DNA of 64,000 nt from a virus. Position 1 is the first letter of the stretch, and every line of letters begins with the position of its first letter. Positions 1 through 9,199 of this stretch are shown in pieces. The position numbers were made by a program, and so were the translations under genes. The stretch is from IMG/VR virus record IMGVR_UViG_3300021226_000189; one strand, 5' to 3'. A model generated the notes under the pieces. That model was not told the origin of the DNA. It saw nothing but the letters and a program-made list of their open reading frames with translations, and did no database searches.

Positions 1-681
1 TGCGTCTTTGCATAACCCTATGTTATAAAGATTCACATATTTAGTTTGTGTTATTTTATGTGTTTGTATTCCGATGGATGAAAGATGATTTCGTATGAAA
101 CTTAAACATTCTAAAGTGCTTAAAAAGCTTACCCGATACTTACCATCTACTATGGTTAAATTACCATCTCCATCGTACAACCCTCTTATGAAATGAGAAT
201 AATAATCTTCTTTTATTTTCGGAAAATGAAAAATTTTAGATTTATATTCGTCTACACCATGATTTTTTATATATTGACAAAATTCTTTTGATGATATCTG
301 TATGCTTATTTGTGTGTATGTCTTATCAGTGCGATTATCATAACGATCACGAATTCTAACTGGACTACCAGCACCGATAGCATTTTTAAATTTTGGTAAT
401 ATATCTTCGTCTCTTACATAAAAACTTAATTTGTAACCATTTTTATGTATACAACCATCTGCCGTGATAAATCCTAACCAATATGCTTTTGCGGGACTAT
501 CAATATTTTCAAAATAATTCACGTTTAATGGTTGTTTTCTACGCGAAACGACCACTCCATTGGATTCTAAAATTTGTTTTATATTTTTCATACTTGTTTT
601 GAATTGCGATCTAACTTCATATATTTTCCCACATTTTAGATACGCATCCACGACTTCTTTTTCCTTTTCAAATATTGACAT
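1..681 (-). CDS. LAGLIDADG homing endonuclease, two-motif type (runs off the window edge; not in ORF track)
   Basis: Manual translation from ATG 681: MSIFEKEKEV...YWLGFITADG...HFIRGLYDGDG; open to position 1. Confidence 0.85.
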   Translation of the reverse strand, partial: MSIFEKEKEVVDAYLKCGKIYEVRSQFKTSMKNIKQILESNGVVVSRRKQPLNVNYFENIDSPAKAYWLGFITADGCIHKNGYKLSFYVRDEDILPKFKNAIGAGSPVRIRDRYDNRTDKTYTQISIQISSKEFCQYIKNHGVDEYKSKIFHFPKIKEDYYSHFIRGLYDGDGNLTIVDGKYRVSFLSTLECLSFIRNHLSSIGIQTHKITQTKYVNLYNIGLCKDA

Positions 682-726
682 AATAATAATTTGGTGTAAA
701 TATATTTAACTCCACAATCTAAAAAA

Positions 727-1251
727 ATGATAAAAAGAATATTTATTGATTGCGACGAGACACTTATATTCGGGGATAGACAATTAAGAGAGAAAAAAGA
801 TTGTGATTTCACTATCGTATTGGAATACGGTGGTATTTACGATGTTAAAGTAAGACCTTCAGCGCACGATGTTATCAATTTAGCACGTAATTACGTTGGA
901 ATCGACAATGTTTATCTATTAACAATTGCCACTAGAGAATATGCAACAGAAATTTCTGTTCAAGCTAATTTCGGATTCACCTCCGATAATATAATCTCTA
1001 GAGAGGACATCAACGAAGCAAGATTTAATACGATGTATGGTGGATATCAATACGGAACGAATGTGAATCTGTCTCATTCTGATAATGTGTTAATCGACAA
1101 TCTCCCAGTAAGAGAGAATGGACAAAAAATGATATACATCGGTATTAAACCAGATCGTTATCTGAACATCACGCCTTATTATGGATTCGATTTAAAAGAT
1201 GATGATTTCTATTCATCAGTGGAAAATTTTCTCTTGCAAAAATCCAAATGA
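727..1251 (+). CDS. HAD-superfamily (NIF/FCP1-like) phosphatase
   Basis: N-terminal IFIDCDETL (DxDxT), later LLTIAT and VLIDN motifs. Confidence 0.55.
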   Translation: MIKRIFIDCDETLIFGDRQLREKKDCDFTIVLEYGGIYDVKVRPSAHDVINLARNYVGIDNVYLLTIATREYATEISVQANFGFTSDNIISREDINEARFNTMYGGYQYGTNVNLSHSDNVLIDNLPVRENGQKMIYIGIKPDRYLNITPYYGFDLKDDDFYSSVENFLLQKSK

Positions 1252-1592
1252 CAGTAAATATTTCTATGAAGAATAATATCACCACGCAGGGTTATTTTGT
1301 TAAAAGATTGAGAGATTCTGGTTTTGTTGTTGTGAAAATGTTTGACCAATATGGTCAACACGATCCTCGTAAATGGACTGTGATGGTAGATCCGAGTAAT
1401 ACATCTGTCATCATTACTTGTTATCAAAATAAAGAATTCAAAGGTGATGTGTTATTTGAAATCAATGATGGTGGTAATCGATTTATTAAAAATTTTAATC
1501 TGAAAACCCAAAGTATGGAGATTATTATCACCACTTTGATTGAAAAAGGTATTGGTCAGATCGAAAACGATTCAGTCTATAAAAAAGACTAA
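1248..1592 (+). CDS. hypothetical protein
   Basis: 114-aa ORF, ATGA overlap with upstream gene. Confidence 0.7.
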   Translation: MTVNISMKNNITTQGYFVKRLRDSGFVVVKMFDQYGQHDPRKWTVMVDPSNTSVIITCYQNKEFKGDVLFEINDGGNRFIKNFNLKTQSMEIIITTLIEKGIGQIENDSVYKKD

Positions 1593-1600
1593 ATATTATT

Positions 1601-1912
1601 ATGGAAAAGGGTGAAGAACCACCTGATGAGGTGTTTGTGGATGAAAAAGTTTTAGAAATCCTTCGTGAATCTTTGAAGCAAAAACTTAAAAAAGAAAGAA
1701 AGGGTAATAAAAATCATATTAAAAATGCTCTCAAAGCGACAATGCAAGAATTTTTAGCATGTGGTAAATTGTTTGGGTATGATTTAGACGGTAATATCGT
1801 CGAAATATCATTTCATAATAATAAATTAGAGGATAATGCCATGCAAAATCTTTTCGTTCAGAAATTCGGAGAATTCATGGCTGGAAGAATGAATATTCAA
1901 GATGATATTTGA
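1601..1912 (+). CDS. hypothetical protein
   Basis: 103-aa ORF; TAAATA at 1590-1595, 5 nt before ATG. Confidence 0.7.
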   Translation: MEKGEEPPDEVFVDEKVLEILRESLKQKLKKERKGNKNHIKNALKATMQEFLACGKLFGYDLDGNIVEISFHNNKLEDNAMQNLFVQKFGEFMAGRMNIQDDI

Positions 1913-2189
1913 TTTATTAAAATCTAAAATCAAAAAAGGCGATGTCTATGCTGTGCAAGCGGGGGATTTCGTTGGTCAATTTTTTAATTATGTCACTAAA
2001 AGTGATGACTGTTATCATTTTCTTTCTACTCCTTTGATGGAGATACAGAAAGTCCCGAAAAAAGAATTTGACTTTGCAAAAGAACAAGGTATTATTGAAT
2101 ACGTTGAAACTCTTCCAAGAAATATCTTCAAAGTTATCCAAGCGGAATACGAACACCAATCAAAAAAGAATGGTGGTAATTCCAAGTGA
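1902..2189 (+). CDS. hypothetical protein
   Basis: 95-aa ORF overlapping neighbours in operon fashion. Confidence 0.65.
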   Translation: MIFDLLKSKIKKGDVYAVQAGDFVGQFFNYVTKSDDCYHFLSTPLMEIQKVPKKEFDFAKEQGIIEYVETLPRNIFKVIQAEYEHQSKKNGGNSK

Positions 2190-3186
2190 TTACGTAATTT
2201 CTAAATTTTACGAATACGGTTACAAAGTAAATCGTAGTGGTGATGTTTATAATTGCTGTTGTCCCATATGTAGAGAGGGTAAGAGTTGGGGGCGTAAAAA
2301 GAGATGTTTTTACATTCCAGAGAACGATAACATATTTTGCCATAACTGTGGCTGGTCATCCAAACCATACAAGTGGATTAAGGAAGTCTCGGGTATGTCT
2401 TTCAATCAAATTGTAGATGAAATTGAAAAAGGTAATTATGGGATGATAAATGTTATGGATTTAGAAGAAAAGGAAGAAAAACCTAAAATTATATCTTCTT
2501 TACCGCTCGATAGTATCAATTTATTCGATAAAAATCAGACAGATTATTATAAAAATAATAAAATTGTCCAAAAAGCATTAGATTATATCAAAGAAAGACG
2601 ATTGGATAAAGCGGTAAATCGTCCTGATGCTTTTTATCTATCTCTAAAAGATGAGAAGCATGATAAGCGTTTGGTGATCCCGTTCAAAGACGAGTCGGGT
2701 AAGATTATTTATTACCAATCGAGAAAGATTTTAGATGATGAATCCTCAAGTTATCTGTCAAAAGACGGTGGAGATCGAAGTATTTTTGGAATCGAGAGAA
2801 TTTCATCCGAGTTGGATAAAGTCTTCATCATAGAAGGTCCATTGGATGCCTGTTTTGTTAGGAATGGTCTTGGTCTTGGGGGTATTACTAAAGGTGAACA
2901 ATTGTTTACTTTTAGTCAACAAGAACAAATAGACAGTTTGAACTTTTTTGAGAGGATTTGGGTGCTTGATAGCCAATGGATTGACAAAACTGCACGAGAA
3001 AAGACCCTGAAGCTCATTGAGATGGGAGAGAAAGTCTTTATTTGGCCTGAATATGACGGAAAACGCTTCAAAGACATAAATGCCGTATGTATGGCTTATG
3101 AAATGAATGAATACCCAACAGATTTAATTCTAAAGAACACCCATAAGGGTTTGGCAGCAACAGTGAAGATGAAATTGATAAAATAA
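2170..3186 (+). CDS. gp61: DNA primase (T4 gp61-like)
   Basis: Zn ribbon CCCPIC...CHNCG, Toprim IIEGPLDA, KDIN; start moved to ATG 2170 (MVVIPSDY). Confidence 0.9.
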   Translation: MVVIPSDYVISKFYEYGYKVNRSGDVYNCCCPICREGKSWGRKKRCFYIPENDNIFCHNCGWSSKPYKWIKEVSGMSFNQIVDEIEKGNYGMINVMDLEEKEEKPKIISSLPLDSINLFDKNQTDYYKNNKIVQKALDYIKERRLDKAVNRPDAFYLSLKDEKHDKRLVIPFKDESGKIIYYQSRKILDDESSSYLSKDGGDRSIFGIERISSELDKVFIIEGPLDACFVRNGLGLGGITKGEQLFTFSQQEQIDSLNFFERIWVLDSQWIDKTAREKTLKLIEMGEKVFIWPEYDGKRFKDINAVCMAYEMNEYPTDLILKNTHKGLAATVKMKLIK

Positions 3187-3187
3187 T

Positions 3188-3622
3188 ATGAGTGAAATGG
3201 AAAAATATTTATTTGTAGGTGGAAAAGCGGATGGTCACATGATTATGTTGAATCGTAACCATCACCATCACCAAATTCCTTACCTAGATGCAGAATTTAG
3301 CGGTGAGTATCACGAACATACTCCAGTTAAAGCGGAATTGTATCGGAAAATTAAATGGGAGAGCGGAGACAGAGAAATATTTGAATTTTTCGCATTAGAG
3401 TCTCTTTCAAACTCTGAGGTTATGAGTATTATATTGAATAATTATAAACCAAAGCAAGAGGTTAGAGAAAATAAATTAATCAGTGAAATGAAATTTTTAT
3501 TAAACGAGTGTATATCAATGTTGAATTTTGCTCATCCTTATATAACTATATGGTCAGATAGTAATATGATATCAAAACATATTTCAAAAATTCACAAGTT
3601 TCTAAATTTGAATAAAAACTAG
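3188..3622 (+). CDS. hypothetical protein
   Basis: 144-aa ORF; TAG stop lies inside the AAAAACTAG motif. Confidence 0.65.
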   Translation: MSEMEKYLFVGGKADGHMIMLNRNHHHHQIPYLDAEFSGEYHEHTPVKAELYRKIKWESGDREIFEFFALESLSNSEVMSIILNNYKPKQEVRENKLISEMKFLLNECISMLNFAHPYITIWSDSNMISKHISKIHKFLNLNKN

Positions 3623-3630
3623 AATATACT
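3614..3630 (+). promoter_or_regulatory. class II promoter AAAAACTAG-aa-TATACT
   Basis: One of 7 copies; 6 nt before ATG 3637. Confidence 0.75.
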
Positions 3631-3636
3631 GAAATT

Positions 3637-3876
3637 ATGATTGATTACAAAGAATTATTCGACTGGCTAGATGAAAATGCTAGCGAACTTGTATGTGAAA
3701 CATGGGCTATCGCTGATACTGGTGAATACGACTCACAGTGGGTGGTCTATGAGGGATATGGTAAAGAACGAAAAGCCATGGGGTGGGGTTCTACGCCTGA
3801 TAAAGCAATCCATGATGCAATGAAAGATTCCGAAGATCCGACGAAATATAATTACATTCCACCAGAATATAGATAA
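3637..3876 (+). CDS. hypothetical protein
   Basis: 79-aa ORF directly after class II promoter. Confidence 0.7.
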   Translation: MIDYKELFDWLDENASELVCETWAIADTGEYDSQWVVYEGYGKERKAMGWGSTPDKAIHDAMKDSEDPTKYNYIPPEYR

Positions 3877-3878
3877 TC

Positions 3879-4295
3879 TTACTGAGACTTCTTTGCAGTC
3901 AGAAACGCTTGCTGAAGAGCAGCAAGGTCAGAAGCAATTCGACCGATTTTAACTTGTTGGTTTTTCAGATTACCTAAAATAGACTCTGGATTTGCCGTGG
4001 CAAGGACACTTTGAATACTATTTGGCTGATCGCCGTTGAGATATCCAAGGAATTTGTCAATATTCGCAGACCATTTATCGATAACGCTAACCATTTGCTC
4101 ATTTTGTCGAGCTACAGCATCACCAATTTCATCTACCGCATCTGGATCAGGTTCAACATCCACATCGTAATCATCCATGGATACATCATCATCCAGTGAC
4201 ATTTCAGCAGCATCACGCTCTAAAGTAGGATCGATATCGAGTTCAGGAGCTTCTTTGAGTAATTTGAGGAATTTAGCTTTGAATTTGTTCTGCAT
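3879..4295 (-). CDS. late protein with propeptide-like leader (putative head-internal protein)
   Basis: MQNKFKAKFLKLLKE-A start; TAAATA (tattta 4301-4306) 5 nt before ATG. Confidence 0.55.
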   Translation of the reverse strand: MQNKFKAKFLKLLKEAPELDIDPTLERDAAEMSLDDDVSMDDYDVDVEPDPDAVDEIGDAVARQNEQMVSVIDKWSANIDKFLGYLNGDQPNSIQSVLATANPESILGNLKNQQVKIGRIASDLAALQQAFLTAKKSQ

Positions 4296-4321
4296 ATCTT
4301 TATTTAGTGGAATTGGTGTTA

Positions 4322-4338
4322 AAAAACTAGAATATATT
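4322..4338 (+). promoter_or_regulatory. class II promoter AAAAACTAG-aa-TATATT
   Basis: 7 nt before GTG 4346. Confidence 0.7.
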
Positions 4339-4345
4339 AGTAATT

Positions 4346-4564
4346 GTGAAAAAGAAAGACTTGATTAAAGCATTGGAAAAATTTGAAGATGATGACCGTA
4401 TCATGATCGGTGATGGAGTATGGTCGTGGGTTCCTAAAATTACTAGAATATGTGGTGGGAGACAAAAATATATGCCATATTACTGTATCCGTGAGAAAGG
4501 ACATGAAGGGGATTGTTATTGCGGGTGTAAGTATGTTGATTTTGAAGCTGAAACATACGATTAA
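4346..4564 (+). CDS. small Cys/His-rich hypothetical protein
   Basis: 72 aa; CIREKGHEGDCYCGC possible Zn site. Confidence 0.6.
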   Translation: MKKKDLIKALEKFEDDDRIMIGDGVWSWVPKITRICGGRQKYMPYYCIREKGHEGDCYCGCKYVDFEAETYD

Positions 4565-4579
4565 TTGTTAAATAATAAC

Positions 4580-4933
4580 ATGTCTGCTTCCAATTCTCCA
4601 TATTCCACCGCTATTGCTTCAGGAGCCATCGATTTCGACTTTGAAAGTTCACTAAATCCGTCCCAACAAATGAGAAAATATAAAACGGATGAAAAATTGG
4701 CAGAAGCACCTCATACTTTACCGTTTGAGTTTGGAGATCTACCACAATCGTTGGCAAACATTGTAGATAATGCGTTCGCTGCGTCTTCCAAGTTGGAGAA
4801 CATCATAAAAATGGAAAAATATCAGAAAAATGGTGATTTGATCAAGTTGAAAGGTAATCTGGAAAAAATGATCATGTATTTGATGGAAAATGGTGATAAA
4901 ACTCTTGAAAAATACACCATAGGTAACGAATAA
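4580..4933 (+). CDS. hypothetical late protein
   Basis: TAAATA 4569-4574 then ATG 4580. Confidence 0.7.
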   Translation: MSASNSPYSTAIASGAIDFDFESSLNPSQQMRKYKTDEKLAEAPHTLPFEFGDLPQSLANIVDNAFAASSKLENIIKMEKYQKNGDLIKLKGNLEKMIMYLMENGDKTLEKYTIGNE

Positions 4934-4949
4934 AAAACTAGATTACAAT
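4933..4949 (+). promoter_or_regulatory. class II promoter AAAAACTAG-at-TACAAT
   Basis: 6 nt before ATG 4956. Confidence 0.75.
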
Positions 4950-4955
4950 CAGGGT

Positions 4956-5147
4956 ATGTTCGAGATACCCGATAAATCAGATTTAACACATATTAACACT
5001 TATGAACCACTGGTTCAATTGTTAATCCTTAAAGACATTTGTCATAAAATTTATATCAATCGCAATATTTCCATGTCTCAGGAGAATATTATTGACAATC
5101 TGGAGAAAATTGATATTCTCTTTAGAGATAGAGAAAATTTTAATTAA
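4956..5147 (+). CDS. hypothetical protein
   Basis: 63-aa ORF after class II promoter. Confidence 0.6.
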   Translation: MFEIPDKSDLTHINTYEPLVQLLILKDICHKIYINRNISMSQENIIDNLEKIDILFRDRENFN

Positions 5148-5148
5148 T

Positions 5149-5547
5149 ATGACCAAGAAAAAGAAAAATCGACAAAAATGGCTTACTGACAAGCTTAAAG
5201 GTGACTGGAAAGACAAGGATTATATCATTGAAATTGTTTTATTTGAGTCTCTAATTCATTATGTGGAAAAGGAAAATGATCTTATTTTCAACGAAAAAGT
5301 TTGGGCGGACGAGCTTGACAAAGGCCATATCGATCAAGATACGATTGATAAAATCAGAAAACGATATGAAGAGTTGAGACAAGCATATCTTTATTTGAAA
5401 AATGAACGTCCTGAGCTAGAACGTCAAGTTGATAATTGGGAAGGGGAGAACATTAAAGAATTTGATGCGTTGGAAAAATCTCTATCGTCTAAAGATACGG
5501 AGATTATGAACACAATTGTGAAGTATAGAGAATACATGTGGACATGA
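5149..5547 (+). CDS. hypothetical protein
   Basis: ATG 5149 one base after upstream stop; helical, charged. Confidence 0.65.
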   Translation: MTKKKKNRQKWLTDKLKGDWKDKDYIIEIVLFESLIHYVEKENDLIFNEKVWADELDKGHIDQDTIDKIRKRYEELRQAYLYLKNERPELERQVDNWEGENIKEFDALEKSLSSKDTEIMNTIVKYREYMWT

Positions 5548-5777
5548 AAGCAAATTATAGGGGTTTTGAAATAGAATCGAAAAGTGAAAAATCTTTAGGT
5601 GGATGGAATGAAGTCTATTGGAGTGCTTATCGAACATCAGATGGTTATGAATTAGCTTGTGGATTCGGTGACGGCACTGTTCGAGAGATGTTTTCTTGTA
5701 TGAAAACAATCGTAGATAGGTTTATTGATGAATATGATGAAAATGTAGAAGAATATGAAAAACATGAAGGATATTAG
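5544..5777 (+). CDS. hypothetical protein
   Basis: ATGA overlap with upstream stop. Confidence 0.6.
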   Translation: MKANYRGFEIESKSEKSLGGWNEVYWSAYRTSDGYELACGFGDGTVREMFSCMKTIVDRFIDEYDENVEEYEKHEGY

Positions 5778-6522
5778 TATTGAAAATCACGAAGCATATA
5801 AAAATTGTGGAGGAAAGTTGATCTGTCAATTGATTGGTGGTTCGACTCTGTATGGATTGAATACACCAGAATCGGATGTCGATCATCGTGGTCTATTTGT
5901 AGCTAAAAATAAGCGATATTTGGCTAATCTGGACACGATTGAGTCTATTGTTCAGACTGGTGATATTGATTCCACTTATTACGAGATTACTCGTTACTTG
6001 AAATTGTTGAGAAAGAGTAATACTCAGGTGTTGGAGATTCTATTTGCACCCGATACAGCATTTACATACAAGCATCCAATTTTTGATGAAATCGTTGCAC
6101 ATGCTTATGACCTTATTGACACGAATACTCTCAAGAATTCGTTGAAAGGTTATGTATTCAGTGAAATTAAATTGGCAACTGGTCAAAGAAGTGGTCAATT
6201 GGGGGGTAAAAGGAAAAAAGCAGTGGAAACCTACGGATTCAGCCCGAAAAACTTTGTCCAAATCCTTCGATTGTGTAAGGTTGGTATCGAGTTCTTCACT
6301 ACTGGTAAATACATGGTGAACGTCAAGGAATTTGATGAGAAGTATTGGGAGAAATTGATGGACTTAAAAACTAGCCCACAATACTACACCTGCGAGCAAC
6401 TGGAACGAATGGTGAACGAAGAATTCGCCAAATTGGAAGGAGTAATGGAGTCATCTAATATCTCTTTCAAATTTAATCCAGATATTGCAGCAGATATCAT
6501 TTTAAAAGTAAAAAATATATGA
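5755..6522 (+). CDS. RlaP-like pol-beta-family nucleotidyltransferase
   Basis: GGSTLYGLNTPESDVDHRG (GS...SDxD) signature; start may be 5764. Confidence 0.8.
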   Translation: MKNMKDISIENHEAYKNCGGKLICQLIGGSTLYGLNTPESDVDHRGLFVAKNKRYLANLDTIESIVQTGDIDSTYYEITRYLKLLRKSNTQVLEILFAPDTAFTYKHPIFDEIVAHAYDLIDTNTLKNSLKGYVFSEIKLATGQRSGQLGGKRKKAVETYGFSPKNFVQILRLCKVGIEFFTTGKYMVNVKEFDEKYWEKLMDLKTSPQYYTCEQLERMVNEEFAKLEGVMESSNISFKFNPDIAADIILKVKNI

Positions 6523-7022
6523 AATATAGGAAACAAATATTATTGGGAGTATTAGTATCAAGTGCTATTGCTTATGGTTTATCGAACAATCTACAAGAGT
6601 TTTCGCAAAGATTCGTATTGGCGGCTCTAGGATACGCTGTTGTGACCTATTGGGTTGATAATAGAACATCAAAAGATAAAAGAGTTGAGGAATTGGAAAC
6701 ACTCTTAGGTAAGAAACAAATTGACGAGAGAGTCGAGACACTTGAAAATATGCTACAGGAGTCCGATGCTGTTATCGTCGAACAGGAAGAAGTGATTCGC
6801 ACGTATGAAAGTTTATTAGACGATGCTTCAGTAAAATTCCCATGTAACTGTGGTCAAAATATGTTTGATGGTATCTTCAAACCTATGGAAGAATTTGTAG
6901 TAGAGTGTGATTATTGTAATAATAAATATGGTGTCACTCTTAAATTAGATACCGTGTTGATCACAGAACCGATTGAAGATCTTAATATTGATAAATTAAT
7001 TAAACAAAAAACAAACGAGTGA
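6519..7022 (+). CDS. putative membrane protein with coiled coil and Zn ribbon
   Basis: Two N-terminal hydrophobic stretches, coiled coil, CNC...CDYC. Confidence 0.6.
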   Translation: MKYRKQILLGVLVSSAIAYGLSNNLQEFSQRFVLAALGYAVVTYWVDNRTSKDKRVEELETLLGKKQIDERVETLENMLQESDAVIVEQEEVIRTYESLLDDASVKFPCNCGQNMFDGIFKPMEEFVVECDYCNNKYGVTLKLDTVLITEPIEDLNIDKLIKQKTNE

Positions 7023-7249
7023 TAACGATAAAAACTAAAAAAGGTGATGAAAAAATGACTCTGACTGAATTTGCTAGATGGGCATGTTTAGCAGAAGCTT
7101 TCATTTTCATCGAAGAGAAAGCTGAAGAATTGAATATCTCTTTGGATGGTCTTATGAAACCGATGGCATTGGAGAAATATATTGAAGAGAGATATCATGC
7201 CATGTTATCAGATGTTCGATATGAATATGATTTAGGGATTCTCGAATAA
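7019..7249 (+). CDS. hypothetical protein
   Basis: 76-aa ORF, GTGA overlap. Confidence 0.6.
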   Translation: MITIKTKKGDEKMTLTEFARWACLAEAFIFIEEKAEELNISLDGLMKPMALEKYIEERYHAMLSDVRYEYDLGILE

Positions 7250-8071
7250 TTTCGAGACTTCCTTTTCCATATCTTGTCTTTCTTTTAAAGTCAGGACTCT
7301 TGAAAAATGTTTATTCATTTCTTTAGTATCTAAACCTAATTCTTTGAATCCTATCAAATAATTACGGAAACGTTCTTTCAAACTGTTTGGATATGTTGCT
7401 GGATTTGGTCTACCGAAACGGTGCATCCACCTCAAAAACGGTAAACATAATGTTTTTTTACCGTTTTGACGATATTTTTCATGGATATAACCCTCTTCAA
7501 CACCAAATCCCCTAAATTCTTTATTGAATCCTAACCAAGAGTCCTTTCTACAAGAGAATAAACCCATTCCTTGAGACGGAATTTCAAATGGTGGGTTGTC
7601 TTTTGATTCCCCTCGTTCATCTGTTTGCCATGTCCCCCACATGTAGCTACTCCAAGTATCATCAAAATGTGTTGAATAGCTTTTGAAATCGTCATATACA
7701 ATAGGCCCCTGTAGTAAATTGCCTTCATCTAACCCATTATCATAAAATTCTATCAATTTTTTAATAGAATTTGGTTCTAAAAGAACATGGGAGTCGATAC
7801 ATAATACGTATGGAGTGTCTGCCAATTCAAAAACCTTATTTTTTACAGTAGTTGACTTATATTTGGTGAATGGGAGATATTGAAATGGTTCTTTTATCCA
7901 ATCTGTTAGCTCTCTAACGGCTTTACCATGTTCCGATGATGGATTATTGTCAATTATTACGAACTCGATATCATCCAATACTTCGCTATGATACATTCTT
8001 ATTGATTGTATGGTGAAATACAGTCCATCGAAATCATCATGGGTTGCCATGCCGATTGTTAATTTTCTCAT
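7232..8071 (-). CDS. glycosyltransferase, GT2/GT-A fold
   Basis: LTIGMAT, FVIIDNN, VLCIDSH (DxH), GF...FRGFGVEE. Confidence 0.8.
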   Translation of the reverse strand: MRKLTIGMATHDDFDGLYFTIQSIRMYHSEVLDDIEFVIIDNNPSSEHGKAVRELTDWIKEPFQYLPFTKYKSTTVKNKVFELADTPYVLCIDSHVLLEPNSIKKLIEFYDNGLDEGNLLQGPIVYDDFKSYSTHFDDTWSSYMWGTWQTDERGESKDNPPFEIPSQGMGLFSCRKDSWLGFNKEFRGFGVEEGYIHEKYRQNGKKTLCLPFLRWMHRFGRPNPATYPNSLKERFRNYLIGFKELGLDTKEMNKHFSRVLTLKERQDMEKEVSKLFENP

Positions 8072-8082
8072 GGTAATAATTA

Positions 8083-8727
8083 TCAGAATCCTAATATATT
8101 ACAACTCTTCGGTGGACATTTCACTGTGGTGAAGTCTGGAATATTAGTAGTTGTCGATGTTCTGATAATTGTAGTAGTCGTCGTAGTATTTATCCCAAAA
8201 TTTAATGACCCTGATAACGATGCGGGTGGTCTAGGCATAACGAAAACGATAGTTGATGTTCTTACAGTAGTAAAATTTGGTAAAGAAGGTGGTTCGGGGA
8301 CGATAGTTGTCGTCGGAGTTGGAGTGGAAGACGATGATGACGATGATGATGATGATGATGATGACATATCAACAACGTTGATATATAAATAGATATCGAA
8401 GTAATCTAAAGGATCAATATCACTCGTTAATGTTAATGTACCGTTATTAAAAGTTTCTACTTGAAATATTGGACTAATGTAAGATCTTGTTTCCGATGCA
8501 AAAATTATCGATATTTGATAATTACCATCTCCAAAATCTGTTAAATTGAATGTTTCTATCACTTGATTAAATTCATCAAGTGTTTGACTTTGATAATAAT
8601 TCTCAATTCCGATAGTATTGATTAATACTAATCCTGGAAAAAGATTACTCAGTGTATTTACTAGAGGATTACTACCAGTATATGATATTACCCCTAAAGA
8701 TACTGTCCTACCAGAGAAATCTATCAT
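8083..8727 (-). CDS. Ser/Thr/Pro-rich putative virion protein
   Basis: S13 run, TPTPTTT, TTTTTT, repeated P(N/D)FTTV; end of tail-fibre block. Confidence 0.65.
   Translation of the reverse strand: MIDFSGRTVSLGVISYTGSNPLVNTLSNLFPGLVLINTIGIENYYQSQTLDEFNQVIETFNLTDFGDGNYQISIIFASETRSYISPIFQVETFNNGTLTLTSDIDPLDYFDIYLYINVVDMSSSSSSSSSSSSSTPTPTTTIVPEPPSLPNFTTVRTSTIVFVMPRPPASLSGSLNFGINTTTTTTIIRTSTTTNIPDFTTVKCPPKSCNILGF
8327..8365. repeat. (GAT/GAC)n trinucleotide tract encoding 13 Ser on the minus strand
   Basis: gaagacgatgatgacgatgatgatgatgatgatgatgac. Confidence 0.9.
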
Positions 8728-8729
8728 AA

Positions 8730-9197
8730 TTACACGTTAATATAATTTACATCAGATACGATATAAAAACTATTTGGATCTCTACTTGTTGATAAAGAAG
8801 CCCAAGTAGTCTTATTAACTCTGACAACATTTTCTATTTGATTACCAATCACGGATTTGGTTGTATCTGAAGTGACACCCTTACTAGCTACTGCTTCCCA
8901 ATCACTTAAAACTGAACCACTGTTTGTTTTCAGCCTGTATAACACGTTATTATCAATATTGAAAGCGAAATCACCAATTTCAGCGGGAGCCAATGTTGTG
9001 ATGTTTGAAACACTACCTAAAAATTTATTACCTGTCAAAATTCCACCAGAAGTTCCACCATCACCAACGAATAAACGTTTAGTATCAGTCGTGAAACCTG
9101 GTTCTCCAGAATTTAATACGATATTTTTTCTATCATTATCAGTTCCTTGACGAAAGAGGATTTTCAGTAAAGTGTTATTGGATATCTCTATGCTCAT
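8730..9197 (-). CDS. tail fibre protein with Mtd_N-like N-terminal domain
   Basis: ILFRQGT...GEPGFTTDTKRLFVGDG. Confidence 0.75.
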   Translation of the reverse strand: MSIEISNNTLLKILFRQGTDNDRKNIVLNSGEPGFTTDTKRLFVGDGGTSGGILTGNKFLGSVSNITTLAPAEIGDFAFNIDNNVLYRLKTNSGSVLSDWEAVASKGVTSDTTKSVIGNQIENVVRVNKTTWASLSTSRDPNSFYIVSDVNYINV

Positions 9198-9199
9198 AA

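Noticed and set aside
2068-2169. Upstream extension of the primase ORF (and similar extensions at 4565, 22318, 22334, 25419, 25437, 32637, 42437, 51512, 54297, 55493, 60959)
   Set aside because: Extensions overlap neighbouring genes or run through the promoter motifs; downstream starts fit the conserved spacing.
5835-5860. GGTTCGA tRNA T-loop-like sequence (also near 58478)
   Set aside because: Both lie in coding sequence (GGSTLYG of the nucleotidyltransferase; WFEF); no cloverleaf. No tRNA found in the window by eye.
8126-8392. Plus-strand poly-Asp ORF
   Set aside because: Reverse reading of the poly-Ser tract in the 8083-8727 gene.
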